From Alphaproteobacteria bacterium (GTDB lineage: Bacteria > Pseudomonadota > Alphaproteobacteria > UBA828), in contig JAJDUK010000041.1 in the NCBI GenBank assembly GCA_022826665.1, positions 18,738-82,737 of the forward strand: DNA of 64,000 nucleotides. The letters run 5' to 3'. Positions 9,133 to 17,391 of this stretch are shown here, piece by piece. The notes under the pieces were generated by a model. It saw only the letters and a program-made list of their open reading frames with translations. It made no database searches and had not been told where the DNA came from. Numbering within the stretch: the stretch's first letter is position 1; each line of letters begins with the position of its first letter. Position numbers and translations under genes: made by a program.

Positions 9133-10653
9133 ATGGCTGATCCGGTGCTTGCCGCACGGGGCTTGACGAAATCCTTCGGCAGCAACGAGGTCCTCCGCAA
9201 CGTCGATTTCGAGGTCTTAGCCGGGCGCAACATCGCGCTCTGCGGTGAGAACGGCGCCGGCAAGTCGACCCTCATCAAGCTCATGACCGGCGTCTACACG
9301 CCGTCGGCCGGGCAGGTCCTACTGGACGGCGAACCGGTGGCCTTCGCCGGACCGAAGGAGTCGATTGCTGCCGGTATCGCCGTCGTCCACCAGGAGTTCT
9401 CGACCATCTCGGCGCTCACGGTGGCCGAGAACGTGTTTCTGGAGAAGGAGCCGCGTAACCGGCTCGGCCTGGTCGACCGGCGCACGCTTCGCCGAGACTG
9501 TATCGACCTGCTGCGGCAACTCGGCATCGATCTTGACCCCGACACGACTCTCGACCGGCTCAGCGTTGCCGAGGCGCAGATGGTGGAGATTGCCAAGGCG
9601 CTGCGCTCCAGGGCCCACGTGCTGATTCTGGATGAGCCGACGGCGGTGCTCTCGCACCGGGAGATCGATCATCTGTTCCGGATTCTGCGCGACCTGCGCG
9701 GGCAAGGAATGGGGCTCGTTTACGTCTCGCACCGCTTGGACGAGATCTTCGAAGTCTGCACCGATATCTGCGTCCTGAAGGACGGCGACGTCACGTCCGC
9801 GGGGCCGATCGCCGATTACGACCACGACAGGGTCGTCGCCGCGATGGTCGGCCGCAGCCTGGGCGAGCTGTTCCCGCCTAAGAGTGGGCCGGCGAGCGAC
9901 GCGGGACCGGCGCTCTCGCTGCGCGGCCTCATCGCAGAGGGCAGCGCGGCGCCGATCGATCTGGACCTCCGCCCTGGCGAGATCGTGGGGCTGGCGGGCC
10001 TGGTCGGCTCCGGACGGACCGAGCTCGCGCTCGCGATCTTCGGCGCGGCGCGCGGCAGCGGCGCCGTCGAGCTCTCCGGCAAGGCCTATAACAGGCGCGC
10101 GCCGGGCCGCAGCCTCGCCGGCGGTCTCGCCATGCTAACGGAGGACCGCAAAGCCAACGGCCTCTTCCCCGAAACCTCGGTCGCCTGGAACTTCGCGGCG
10201 TCGACGCTGGGCAAGGGTGCCCGGGCGCTCGCGCTCGCGCCGCGGAGCGAAGAGGAGCGCTCCCGCTCCGTGGTCGAGCGCTTCAAGGTCGTCGTCGATC
10301 ATGTCGGGCAGCCCATCTCGGCGCTTTCCGGCGGCAACCAGCAGAAGGTGCTGATCGGTCGCCTGCTGGAAAATACCCCGAAGGTTCTGCTTCTCGACGA
10401 GCCGACCCGCGGCGTGGATGTTGCCACGAAGGCGGAGATCTACCGCACCCTGCGTCGCTTGGCCGAAGAGGGCGTGGCCGTCCTGGTCATCTCCTCCGAG
10501 CTGATCGAGGTCGTCGGGCTGTGCGACCGCGTCCACGTCATGCGCGACGGTGCGCTGGTCGCGGAACTGATTGGCAACGCCATCACCGAGGACGGAATCA
10601 TGGCGGTGGCCGCCGCCGCGACGGGTGGCGTTGCGCCCCGACCGAATGTCTGA
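9133..10653 (+). CDS. Sugar ABC transporter ATP-binding protein (RbsA-type, two NBDs)
   Basis: GENGAGKS, ILDEPT, LSGGNQQK, LLLDEPTRGVDV. Confidence 0.95.
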   Translation: MADPVLAARGLTKSFGSNEVLRNVDFEVLAGRNIALCGENGAGKSTLIKLMTGVYTPSAGQVLLDGEPVAFAGPKESIAAGIAVVHQEFSTISALTVAENVFLEKEPRNRLGLVDRRTLRRDCIDLLRQLGIDLDPDTTLDRLSVAEAQMVEIAKALRSRAHVLILDEPTAVLSHREIDHLFRILRDLRGQGMGLVYVSHRLDEIFEVCTDICVLKDGDVTSAGPIADYDHDRVVAAMVGRSLGELFPPKSGPASDAGPALSLRGLIAEGSAAPIDLDLRPGEIVGLAGLVGSGRTELALAIFGAARGSGAVELSGKAYNRRAPGRSLAGGLAMLTEDRKANGLFPETSVAWNFAASTLGKGARALALAPRSEEERSRSVVERFKVVVDHVGQPISALSGGNQQKVLIGRLLENTPKVLLLDEPTRGVDVATKAEIYRTLRRLAEEGVAVLVISSELIEVVGLCDRVHVMRDGALVAELIGNAITEDGIMAVAAAATGGVAPRPNV

Positions 10654-11593
10654 CCTCGCGCGCGCGGTCCGCTTTCAGAACGTCCATCTCGCGATCGTCG
10701 GGCTGATCGCGGCGGTCTTCATCGTCGGCGTGTTCTCGTCGGACCGCTTCGTCACCGTGCTCAACATCGCAAACGTGCAGGACCAGCTGGTCGCGCTGGC
10801 GCTGGTTGCGCTGGCCCAGACGGTGGTGATCCTGTCGGGCGGCATCGACCTCTCCTTCGCCGGGCTGCTCGGCCTCCTCTCGGTCTTGTTCGCCACCTTC
10901 GCCGGCTCCGATCCGGCGACCTTCTCTGCAGCCTATATCTGCATCCTCGCGCTCGGCACGGCGATCGGTGCGCTTACCGGCGGGATCGTCGCCTTCAGCG
11001 GCATTCATCCCCTGATCGTGACGCTCGCGACATCGACCATCATGGCCGGCGCCGCGCTGCTCCATACGAAGCAACCCTCTGGCTCCGTGCCGCTCTTCTT
11101 CGAAGACATCGTCTATGCCCGGTTCTTCGGCTTCCTGCCGTGGGGAACGCTCTTCGTCATCGCGGCTTACGTGATCGTCGGCTTCGTGCTCTGGCGCACC
11201 CGCTTCGGCATCCGGGTCTACGCCATCGGCGATGACGAGCGGGCGGCGACGATCTCCGGCGTCCCGGTCAGGCTGACCAAGGTGCTGATCTATGCACTCT
11301 CCGGCTTCATCGTCGCGCTGGCCGCGATCTACCTGGTAGGTCGGTTCGGCGTGGGCGATCCGCGCGCCGGAATCGGGTTCGATCTGCGGTCGATAACGCC
11401 GGTCATCGTGGGCGGCACCCTGCTCGCCGGCGGGCGCGGCGGCGTGCTGGGCACGTTCCTGGCCGTCATCCTGCTCGCCCTTCTGGCGAACGTCCTGAAC
11501 TTCCTGAACGTCTCGAATTTCTACCTGTGGATCGTCGAGGGCGTGATCATCGTCGTCGCCGTCTCGCTGTTCGTCGTGAGGGCGCGGTCATGA
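10646..11593 (+). CDS. Ribose-type ABC permease
   Basis: ATG 10646 overlaps the ATPase end; GGIDLS, YAIGDDERAATISG, IVGGTLLAGGRG. Confidence 0.9.
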   Translation: MSDLARAVRFQNVHLAIVGLIAAVFIVGVFSSDRFVTVLNIANVQDQLVALALVALAQTVVILSGGIDLSFAGLLGLLSVLFATFAGSDPATFSAAYICILALGTAIGALTGGIVAFSGIHPLIVTLATSTIMAGAALLHTKQPSGSVPLFFEDIVYARFFGFLPWGTLFVIAAYVIVGFVLWRTRFGIRVYAIGDDERAATISGVPVRLTKVLIYALSGFIVALAAIYLVGRFGVGDPRAGIGFDLRSITPVIVGGTLLAGGRGGVLGTFLAVILLALLANVLNFLNVSNFYLWIVEGVIIVVAVSLFVVRARS

Positions 11594-12543
11594 TGGCGCG
11601 GCTTCTCGGCGGCACGGGGACGGTCAGGGGCCGGAAGACCCGCGAAATCCTGCTGCTGCTGGCGTTCCTCATCCTGATCTGGGGAATCACGACGGTGCTC
11701 TCGCCGCGCTTCCTGAGCGTCAAGAACATCACCGATATTCTGATCCAGGCCGCGCCGCTCGGCTTCGTGGTCATCGGCCAGATGATCGTGATCGTGGTGC
11801 GCGGCCTGGACCTCTCGGTGGCCTCGATCATGGCGACCGCGGCGGTGCTCTCCATCGGCGTCTTCGACAACACCGCGACCGCGTTCGTCGCCGCCTTGCT
11901 GCTCGGCGCCCTGGTGGGCGGCGTCAACGGCTATCTCGTGAGCTACCGGCGGGTGACTCCGTTCCTCGCAACGCTGGCGACGATGATCGTGCTGCAGGGC
12001 ATCCGCTTCGCCTACACCAAGGGGGCGCCGAGCGGCTCGCTGCCGGATACCTTCCGGTACCTGGCGACGGGCGACGTCGGCGGCGTGCCCGTGATCCTGA
12101 TCGTGCTGATCGGGGTCGCATGCGTGGCGCACTGGATGCTGGAGCGCAGCGTTCCAGGCCGGCAGCTCCTGCTCTACGGCGACAATCCCGAAGCCGCCCA
12201 CATGAGCGGCCTGCCGGCCAAGCGCATCGTGATCTCGGCCTACGTGATCTCCGGCGTTCTCGCCGCGATCGCCGGCCTATTTCTGGTCGGCTACGTGGGG
12301 ATCGTCGACAACTGGACCGGCCAGGGCTACGAACTCGACAGCATCGCGGCGGCGGTGATCGGCGGCGCATCCCTGCGCGGCGGCAAGGGCAGCGTGATCG
12401 GCGCCCTGCTGGCGGCGCTGATCCTGGTCTCGCTCTTCAACATCGTCGTCATCCTGGGCCTCTCCATCGAGTTCCAGATGGTGGTGAAGGGTGCGCTGAT
12501 ACTGCTTGCGGCGGCCGTCTATATCCGGCGCACCCGCGACTGA
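11590..12543 (+). CDS. Ribose-type ABC permease (second)
   Basis: ATGA overlap with the previous stop; RGLDLSV, GDNPEAAHMSG, YELDSIAAAVIGGASLRGGKG. Confidence 0.9.
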   Translation: MMARLLGGTGTVRGRKTREILLLLAFLILIWGITTVLSPRFLSVKNITDILIQAAPLGFVVIGQMIVIVVRGLDLSVASIMATAAVLSIGVFDNTATAFVAALLLGALVGGVNGYLVSYRRVTPFLATLATMIVLQGIRFAYTKGAPSGSLPDTFRYLATGDVGGVPVILIVLIGVACVAHWMLERSVPGRQLLLYGDNPEAAHMSGLPAKRIVISAYVISGVLAAIAGLFLVGYVGIVDNWTGQGYELDSIAAAVIGGASLRGGKGSVIGALLAALILVSLFNIVVILGLSIEFQMVVKGALILLAAAVYIRRTRD

Positions 12544-12549
12544 CCGTCG

Positions 12550-12929
12550 CCGGCAGCGACCGAATTCCCCCGCTCTTCGAGGGGGGTCGACACGAAGCGG
12601 GCGGCGGTGGCCCGGGCGTAAGCGATGGCGTTTCCATCTGAGCGGGCGCGGCCATGCGGGCTGCGAGAGTGCCCACGAAGACATCGTCCGCGCCGTGCGC
12701 GGAAACCACGGGCACGGGGTGGCCTGCGTGATGCCGCGCCTTCCCCGGCGATCGCGATGGACGAAGCCGTCAGCGCCCAGGGTGATAATCATTTCCCCGC
12801 TTAAGCCGCCGCAAGCCCGTTCCGCTGCGTCGAACGCGTCTTCGACTCCGTAGATCGGAACCTCGAGCAACGGCTCTGTCTCGATGCGATCGACGATGAG
12901 GAGGTCCACCAGATGCGCCACTTCTCGAC
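12550..12929 (-). pseudogene. PfkB/ribokinase-family sugar kinase remnant (C-terminal part, at least two frameshifts, 5' end lost)
   Basis: Three minus-strand frames give successive PfkB segments: HLVDLLIVDRIETEPLLEVPIYGVEDAFDAAE...MIITLGADG; VPVVSAHGADDVFVGTLAARMA (GAGD anion-hole motif changed to GADD); AIAYARATAARFVSTPLEER. Confidence 0.75.
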
Positions 12930-12957
12930 TGTTGTTTGGAGTGGAAAATCGCCCCCC
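12930..12957. mobile_element. Possible isolated IS terminal inverted repeat (IS21-like)
   Basis: TGTTGTTTGGAGTGGAAAATCGCCCCCC starts exactly where PfkB similarity ends and resembles the recalled IS21-family end pattern TGT-N12-AAAAT-GACCC. Confidence 0.35.
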
Positions 12958-12960
12958 AAT

Positions 12961-13180
12961 TGACAGCCTGAAGACGGAGAACACGCGGCTGAAAAGGCTC
13001 CTGGCCAATGCGATGCTGGACAACGCTGCGCTGAAGGATCTGTTGGGAAAGGGCTGAGGACGCCCCGGTGCAGGCGGAAGCGGTGCCGTGGCCGCGCGTA
13101 GCGCCATTGAGCGAAGCACCCGCTCCTGGCGTGCGAACGCCAGCGCGTTGCTCGACATGCGGGTTGGACGCCGATCGGTG
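12961..13180 (+). mobile_element. Degenerate IS3-family (IS407 group) transposase fragment: orfA end and decayed orfB start
   Basis: 12962-13057 encodes DSLKTENTRLKRLLANAMLDNAALKDLLGKG*, the typical IS3 orfA C-terminus; the downstream sequence has only traces of orfB. Confidence 0.8.
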
Positions 13181-13269
13181 ACGCAATGTTCTGATTCACT
13201 TCGATTCTGAGGGGTCGGACGACGACACCGAACGGTACTGGAGAGCAGCAGCGAGCTGGAGACCAAATG

Positions 13270-13365
13270 GCTACCATGCCGTGAATTCTCGCGGCAAATT
13301 GAGGGGCACCATTTCTAAAAAATCATAAATAATCAATATGAATCAATATCTTATGATAAATGAGG
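13270..13365. mobile_element. AT-rich integrative-element end (att-like) abutting the tRNA-Ser 3' end
   Basis: Sharp GC drop; tandem AATCAATAT(G/C) 10-mers at 13331 and 13341; TGGTGCCCCTCAATTTGCCGC on the minus strand resembling integrase arm-type sites. No integrase gene is present. Confidence 0.5.
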
Positions 13366-13455
13366 TGGCGGAGGGGGTGGGATTCGAACCCACGGTACGC
13401 TCACACGTACAACGGTTTTCGAGACCGCCCCGTTCGACCACTCCGGCACCCCTCC
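13366..13455 (-). tRNA. tRNA-Ser (anticodon CGA)
   Basis: Minus strand GGAGGGGTGCCGGAGTGGTCGAACGGGGCGGTCTCGAAAACCGTTGTACGTGTGAGCGTACCGTGGGTTCGAATCCCACCCCCTCCGCCA: 90 nt, long variable arm, T-loop GGTTCGAATCC, encoded CCA. Confidence 0.97.
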
Positions 13456-13490
13456 GCGGTCCGCCGCCCGATGGGCAGCGCGGCCTCTAT

Positions 13491-14363
13491 CTACGCCTGC
13501 CGGGCGCCCTCGGCAACCGCCGCGGCCGCCACGCTCCGCTCGTAGCCCGCGAAATCCTCGGTGCCGAGCACGTGGCGCTCCATCCAGGCCGTGAAGGTCT
13601 CGCGCGACCGCGCGATCCCGTCCCAGGCTTCGTAGAACGTGTTGTCCCGCTTGTAGTAGCCGAGCGCGTAGGAGGGCCTGGCGCCGCCGGGCGCAGGCGA
13701 GACCGCGCTCACCACCCAGTGCGGCAGGTGCACCGCGCCGGGCCTGGGCTCCAACTCGTCCACGACCTCTTCCACCGTGACGAGCACCGTCTTGCTCGCA
13801 AGCGCCACCTCCTTCTGCACGCCGGAGATGCCCCAGAGCATGACGTTGCCCTTGCGGTCGGCCTGCTGGGCGTGAATCACCGCGATGTCGGGGCAGATGG
13901 CGGGGCTCGCCGCGAGCTTTTCGCCGGTGAAAGGGCAGGTGATGAACTTGATGATCGGGTTGTGCGCCGGCAGGTCCGAGCCGACATAGCCCCGGATCAC
14001 CGAGAAGGGCAGCCCGCTCGCGCCCGCGACATAGGCATTGGCGAGGTCGGCGTGGCTCCGCTCTTCGATCTCGAGCGGCCGGGGCCAGCCCTTCTCCACC
14101 GCGTCGCGGAAGCGGTGCAGCGAGCCCACCCCCGGATTGCCGCCCCAGGAGAACACCAGCTTCCTGACGCAGCCCATGCCGATGAGCTGGTCGTAGATCA
14201 GGTCCGGCGTCATCCGCACCGCCGTGAGGTCCTTCAGGCCCGCGCGGATCACGGCGTGGCCCGCGGCGTGGGGGATCAGGTGGGTGAAGCCTTCCATGGC
14301 GACAGTATCGCCGTCGTGGATGAGCGACGACACCGCGTCCGCGAGCGGGACGATCTCGGTCAT
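13491..14363 (-). CDS. Family I CoA-transferase alpha subunit (GctA/CatI/PcaI-like)
   Basis: DGDTVAMEGFTHLIPHAAGH, RMTPDLIYDQLIGMG, FSWGGNPGVGSLHR, IHAQQADRKGN. Start chosen at ATG 14363. Confidence 0.9.
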   Translation of the reverse strand: MTEIVPLADAVSSLIHDGDTVAMEGFTHLIPHAAGHAVIRAGLKDLTAVRMTPDLIYDQLIGMGCVRKLVFSWGGNPGVGSLHRFRDAVEKGWPRPLEIEERSHADLANAYVAGASGLPFSVIRGYVGSDLPAHNPIIKFITCPFTGEKLAASPAICPDIAVIHAQQADRKGNVMLWGISGVQKEVALASKTVLVTVEEVVDELEPRPGAVHLPHWVVSAVSPAPGGARPSYALGYYKRDNTFYEAWDGIARSRETFTAWMERHVLGTEDFAGYERSVAAAAVAEGARQA

Positions 14364-14422
14364 ACGGGGGACGTGCTGGGACGCGAACGTGCGGGTAAGG
14401 GTGAGAGGACGGCGCCGGGCGG

Positions 14423-15415
14423 CTAGAAGCGCACGGGCACGATCGGCGCCTCGCCCTTGGCAATCATCTCGGGAATCGCCGGCGAGGCGTTCTCCCACAC
14501 CAGCAGCATCGAGCGCTTGGGCGAGAAGCCCTGGTGGCGGATGTCGGCCGGCATGCAGGCGACATCACCGGCCCGCATGGTCACCACCGCGCGGGGGTCG
14601 CCCGAATGCTTGTCCTTCACCTCCCAGACGATCTCGTCCGAGAGCTGGATGAACCACTCCACCCGGTCGTTGCCATGCTCCACCGGCAGGATGAACTCCT
14701 CCGACGTCGGGCAGAACAGGCTGTCCTTCACCACGGAGCAGACGGACGGGTTCCAGGTCACGTCCGAGCGCGAGAGATAGGCGAAGAGGTTGAAGGACTG
14801 CACCTCGTTCTCGAAGCCGGGCTCGATCTCGACCTCTGGCTCGTCCTGCTCCACGTCGGCGAACATGCGGTTGACCGGGTAGCCGCTCTCGTCGGTCCTG
14901 AGCGGCGCATCGTCGGGCAAGCCCACCATGCGCTTCGCCGTGACCCGGACGCGGCCGAGGGCCTCGGGGTTGCGCCCGCTCTTGCGACCGAAGGGCTGCG
15001 CCGTCTCCTGCGGTGCCGTGAAGGGGTCGTAGCCGGCGTTGGTCCAGTCGTCGAGCATCGCCTGGAAAGTCGCCCTCAGGTCGTCGGAATCGATCGTCTC
15101 CGAATAGTCGCGGTCGTTGTCGCGGTAGGCGTCGTTGAAGCGCCCGATGTAGAGCTCGACCTGGCCGTAGAGGTTGGTGGTGCCGAACACGTCGTCGAAG
15201 TTGAGGGTGCCGTAGAAGAAGTTCCACGCCACTTCGCGCACCAGCGCGCGCAGGAAGGCGTCCACCGGCATGAGATGCGAGCCGTCCGGCCAGGTGACGT
15301 AAGCGAAATACTCGTCCCGGCGGAAGCCGAAGCCGCCGATCTGGAAGGTGCGATAGCCGGTGTAGTTGTCGGGATCGGAGGCCGAGTAGGCGGCCTGTGC
15401 GGTCTGTGCGGACAT
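14423..15415 (-). CDS. hqdB: Hydroquinone 1,2-dioxygenase large subunit (HqdB/HapD/PnpC2 type, cupin)
   Basis: GYRTFQIGGFGFRRDEYF, FLRALVREVAWNFFYG, SDVTWNPSVCSV, FCPTSEEFILPVEHGNDRVEWF, MPADIRHQG, LLVWEN, as recalled for this family. Confidence 0.88.
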   Translation of the reverse strand: MSAQTAQAAYSASDPDNYTGYRTFQIGGFGFRRDEYFAYVTWPDGSHLMPVDAFLRALVREVAWNFFYGTLNFDDVFGTTNLYGQVELYIGRFNDAYRDNDRDYSETIDSDDLRATFQAMLDDWTNAGYDPFTAPQETAQPFGRKSGRNPEALGRVRVTAKRMVGLPDDAPLRTDESGYPVNRMFADVEQDEPEVEIEPGFENEVQSFNLFAYLSRSDVTWNPSVCSVVKDSLFCPTSEEFILPVEHGNDRVEWFIQLSDEIVWEVKDKHSGDPRAVVTMRAGDVACMPADIRHQGFSPKRSMLLVWENASPAIPEMIAKGEAPIVPVRF

Positions 15416-15420
15416 CGCTC

Positions 15421-15918
15421 TCACTCCTCGCCGGTCTGGCAGATCTCGGCCCAGCGCTCGATGGTAAGCGGGCCGTCGATCGTCTGGAACAGGACCACGC
15501 TCGGCGCCTCGGCCGAGAAGCGGTAGGCGGCTTGTGCCGGCAGCAGGGTCAGGTGGCCGCGTCCGGCCCGGATACGCCCCATGCGGGGGCCGTCGGGCTC
15601 GGCGTCGAGCGCGTGCGCGCCGTCACCCTCCGGCGCGTCGCCGCCATGCTTCATCAGCTCGACCTCGATCCGGCCGTCGAGGCAGAGCGCGAACTCGTCG
15701 TGGCCCGCCGTGAACCAGGGCGAGGCGCCTTCGACGCGCATGATCTCGATCGCGTACTCCAGGTTCTTGGCGACGCACACGCGCTCGAACGGCGCCGACT
15801 TGCCGGCCACCTCGAACACGTTGGAGAAGACGTAGTTGCGCGGATCGTCGTTGATGATGTGGACCCCGCCCTTGCGGTAGTCGTCGAGCGATCCGAGCTC
15901 GGTCGTGTAGTCGGACAT
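15421..15918 (-). CDS. hqdA: Hydroquinone 1,2-dioxygenase small subunit (HqdA/HapC/PnpC1 type)
   Basis: GSLDDYRKGGVHIINDDPRNYVFSNVFEVA, VAKNLEY, HDEFALCLDG, VLFQTIDG, WAEICQT; directly upstream of the large subunit. Confidence 0.88.
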   Translation of the reverse strand: MSDYTTELGSLDDYRKGGVHIINDDPRNYVFSNVFEVAGKSAPFERVCVAKNLEYAIEIMRVEGASPWFTAGHDEFALCLDGRIEVELMKHGGDAPEGDGAHALDAEPDGPRMGRIRAGRGHLTLLPAQAAYRFSAEAPSVVLFQTIDGPLTIERWAEICQTGEE

Positions 15919-16047
15919 GGGCCCCGTCCTCTGCCCTCCGTTCAGCTTGCGGCGGCTACTCTATCCCATACCGCCGCGACTGCGGAACCTGAACAAGTTC
16001 CGGTGTCGCCCGTGCCGCGGGGTCCAGGCGCGGCAAGAGTTATGCGA

Positions 16048-17193
16048 CTACACGCGCAGCCCCGCCTGCCGCATCAGCGGCATCACCTTCTCGCCGAAGT
16101 ATTTCAACTCTTCGTAATAGTCGAGCCACGAGAGGATGAATCCTTCGACGCCGATGTCGGCGATGGCGAGCATCTTTTCGACCACCTGCTCCGGCGTGCC
16201 GACCAGCGGGTAGCCGCCCCAGCCGGCGATGAAGCGCTCGCCCATGGCGCGAAGCTGCTCCTTGTTCGAACCGTAGGAGTAGTTCTCGCCGAGCATCAGC
16301 TCGATGATCGTGTTGGTCGCGCCCCAGTCGCCCTCGTCGACGATGCGCCGGTAGAGCGCCTGGGCCTCGGCTTCGGTATCGCGGCAGCACACCAGGCCGT
16401 AGCTCATCACGCCGCAGCGGCGCCCGTGCTTCGCGGCGCGGGCGTGAATGTCCGTCACGATCTCTTGCGCCTTCTCCATCGTGGTGATCGAGAGGAAATT
16501 GAAATCGGCGAGCTTCGCGGAGAACTCGCGGCCGGCGGGCGAGGAGCCCGCGTTGATCACCACCGGATGAGGCCGCTGGATCGGCTTCGGCGCCAGGAAA
16601 CCCTGGTTGACCCTGTAGTACACGCCCTCGTGGTCGAAATCGTCCTCGGCCCAGAGCCGCTTCACGATGGAGAGCCATTCGTCGGCCATGACGTAGCGCT
16701 CGTCGTGGTCAAGCTGGTCCATGCCGAACATCTCGATCTCCGGCTTGAACCAGCCGCAGACGACGTTGAGGCCGAAGCGCCCGCTCGAAATGTTGTCGAT
16801 GGTGGCGGCCTGCTTGGCAGCGAAGATGGGATGCACCGTCGGCACGTGCGAGGTGGCAAAGACCATGATGTCCGTCGTGTGGCAGGCCATCGCGGCGGCC
16901 CAGGTGTAGACCTCCAGGTTGTTGCCGTTGAACTGCGTCGTTCCGCCGAAGTGCCGCCACCGCCCGACCGGGACCAGCAACTCGAAGCCGAGCCGATCGG
17001 CGAGCTGGCTGATCTTCACGCTGTGCTCGTAGGTGGGCTCGAAGGTCGTCTCGGCGTGCGTGATCGTGCAGCCGTTGGAGCAGTTCTGCCCGAAGACGCC
17101 GAGCTTGAAGCGGTTCTCGTTGAAGACCGGCACGTTGCGCGCGCGCCATTCGGCTGCGTCGTCGGGGTGCATGGTGGATACGTCGGGGGCCAT
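16048..17193 (-). CDS. LLM-class (luciferase-like) flavin-dependent monooxygenase
   Basis: FKLGVFGQNC, ADRLGFELLVPVGRWRHFGG, HPIFAAKQAATIDNISSGRFGLNVVCGW, NAGSSPAGREFSAK. Start at ATG 17193. Confidence 0.9.
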   Translation of the reverse strand: MAPDVSTMHPDDAAEWRARNVPVFNENRFKLGVFGQNCSNGCTITHAETTFEPTYEHSVKISQLADRLGFELLVPVGRWRHFGGTTQFNGNNLEVYTWAAAMACHTTDIMVFATSHVPTVHPIFAAKQAATIDNISSGRFGLNVVCGWFKPEIEMFGMDQLDHDERYVMADEWLSIVKRLWAEDDFDHEGVYYRVNQGFLAPKPIQRPHPVVINAGSSPAGREFSAKLADFNFLSITTMEKAQEIVTDIHARAAKHGRRCGVMSYGLVCCRDTEAEAQALYRRIVDEGDWGATNTIIELMLGENYSYGSNKEQLRAMGERFIAGWGGYPLVGTPEQVVEKMLAIADIGVEGFILSWLDYYEELKYFGEKVMPLMRQAGLRV

Positions 17194-17391
17194 CGTTTCG
17201 TGCGTCCTGCCTTGCGGAGAGGAGATTTGACGGGGGCGGGAGAGCTTGTGTTCGGGCAGCGGGCGCCCCTCAGGCTGGAGAAGCCGAGAGGCGCACGCCG
17301 CCGCTAACCTACAACTTCGGGCGGGACGGTTCACCCGCCCCCGCGCGCGGACTATTCTCCGGCGACCGGACCCCTTGGCGACATCGGCACC

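Noticed and set aside
12277-13266. 329 aa minus-strand ORF
   Set aside because: A chimera of antisense IS3 sequence, one frame of the PfkB remnant and antisense permease; not a real gene.
13338-14426. 362 aa plus-strand ORF beginning ...VAEGVGFEPTV...
   Set aside because: Translation of the antisense tRNA-Ser and the antisense CoA-transferase.
17194-17391. Possible riboswitch in the LLM/ligase divergent region (GGAGAG...CTCAGG resembles glycine aptamer words)
   Set aside because: The motif order and pairing needed for a glycine, cobalamin or TPP aptamer could not be built on either strand.
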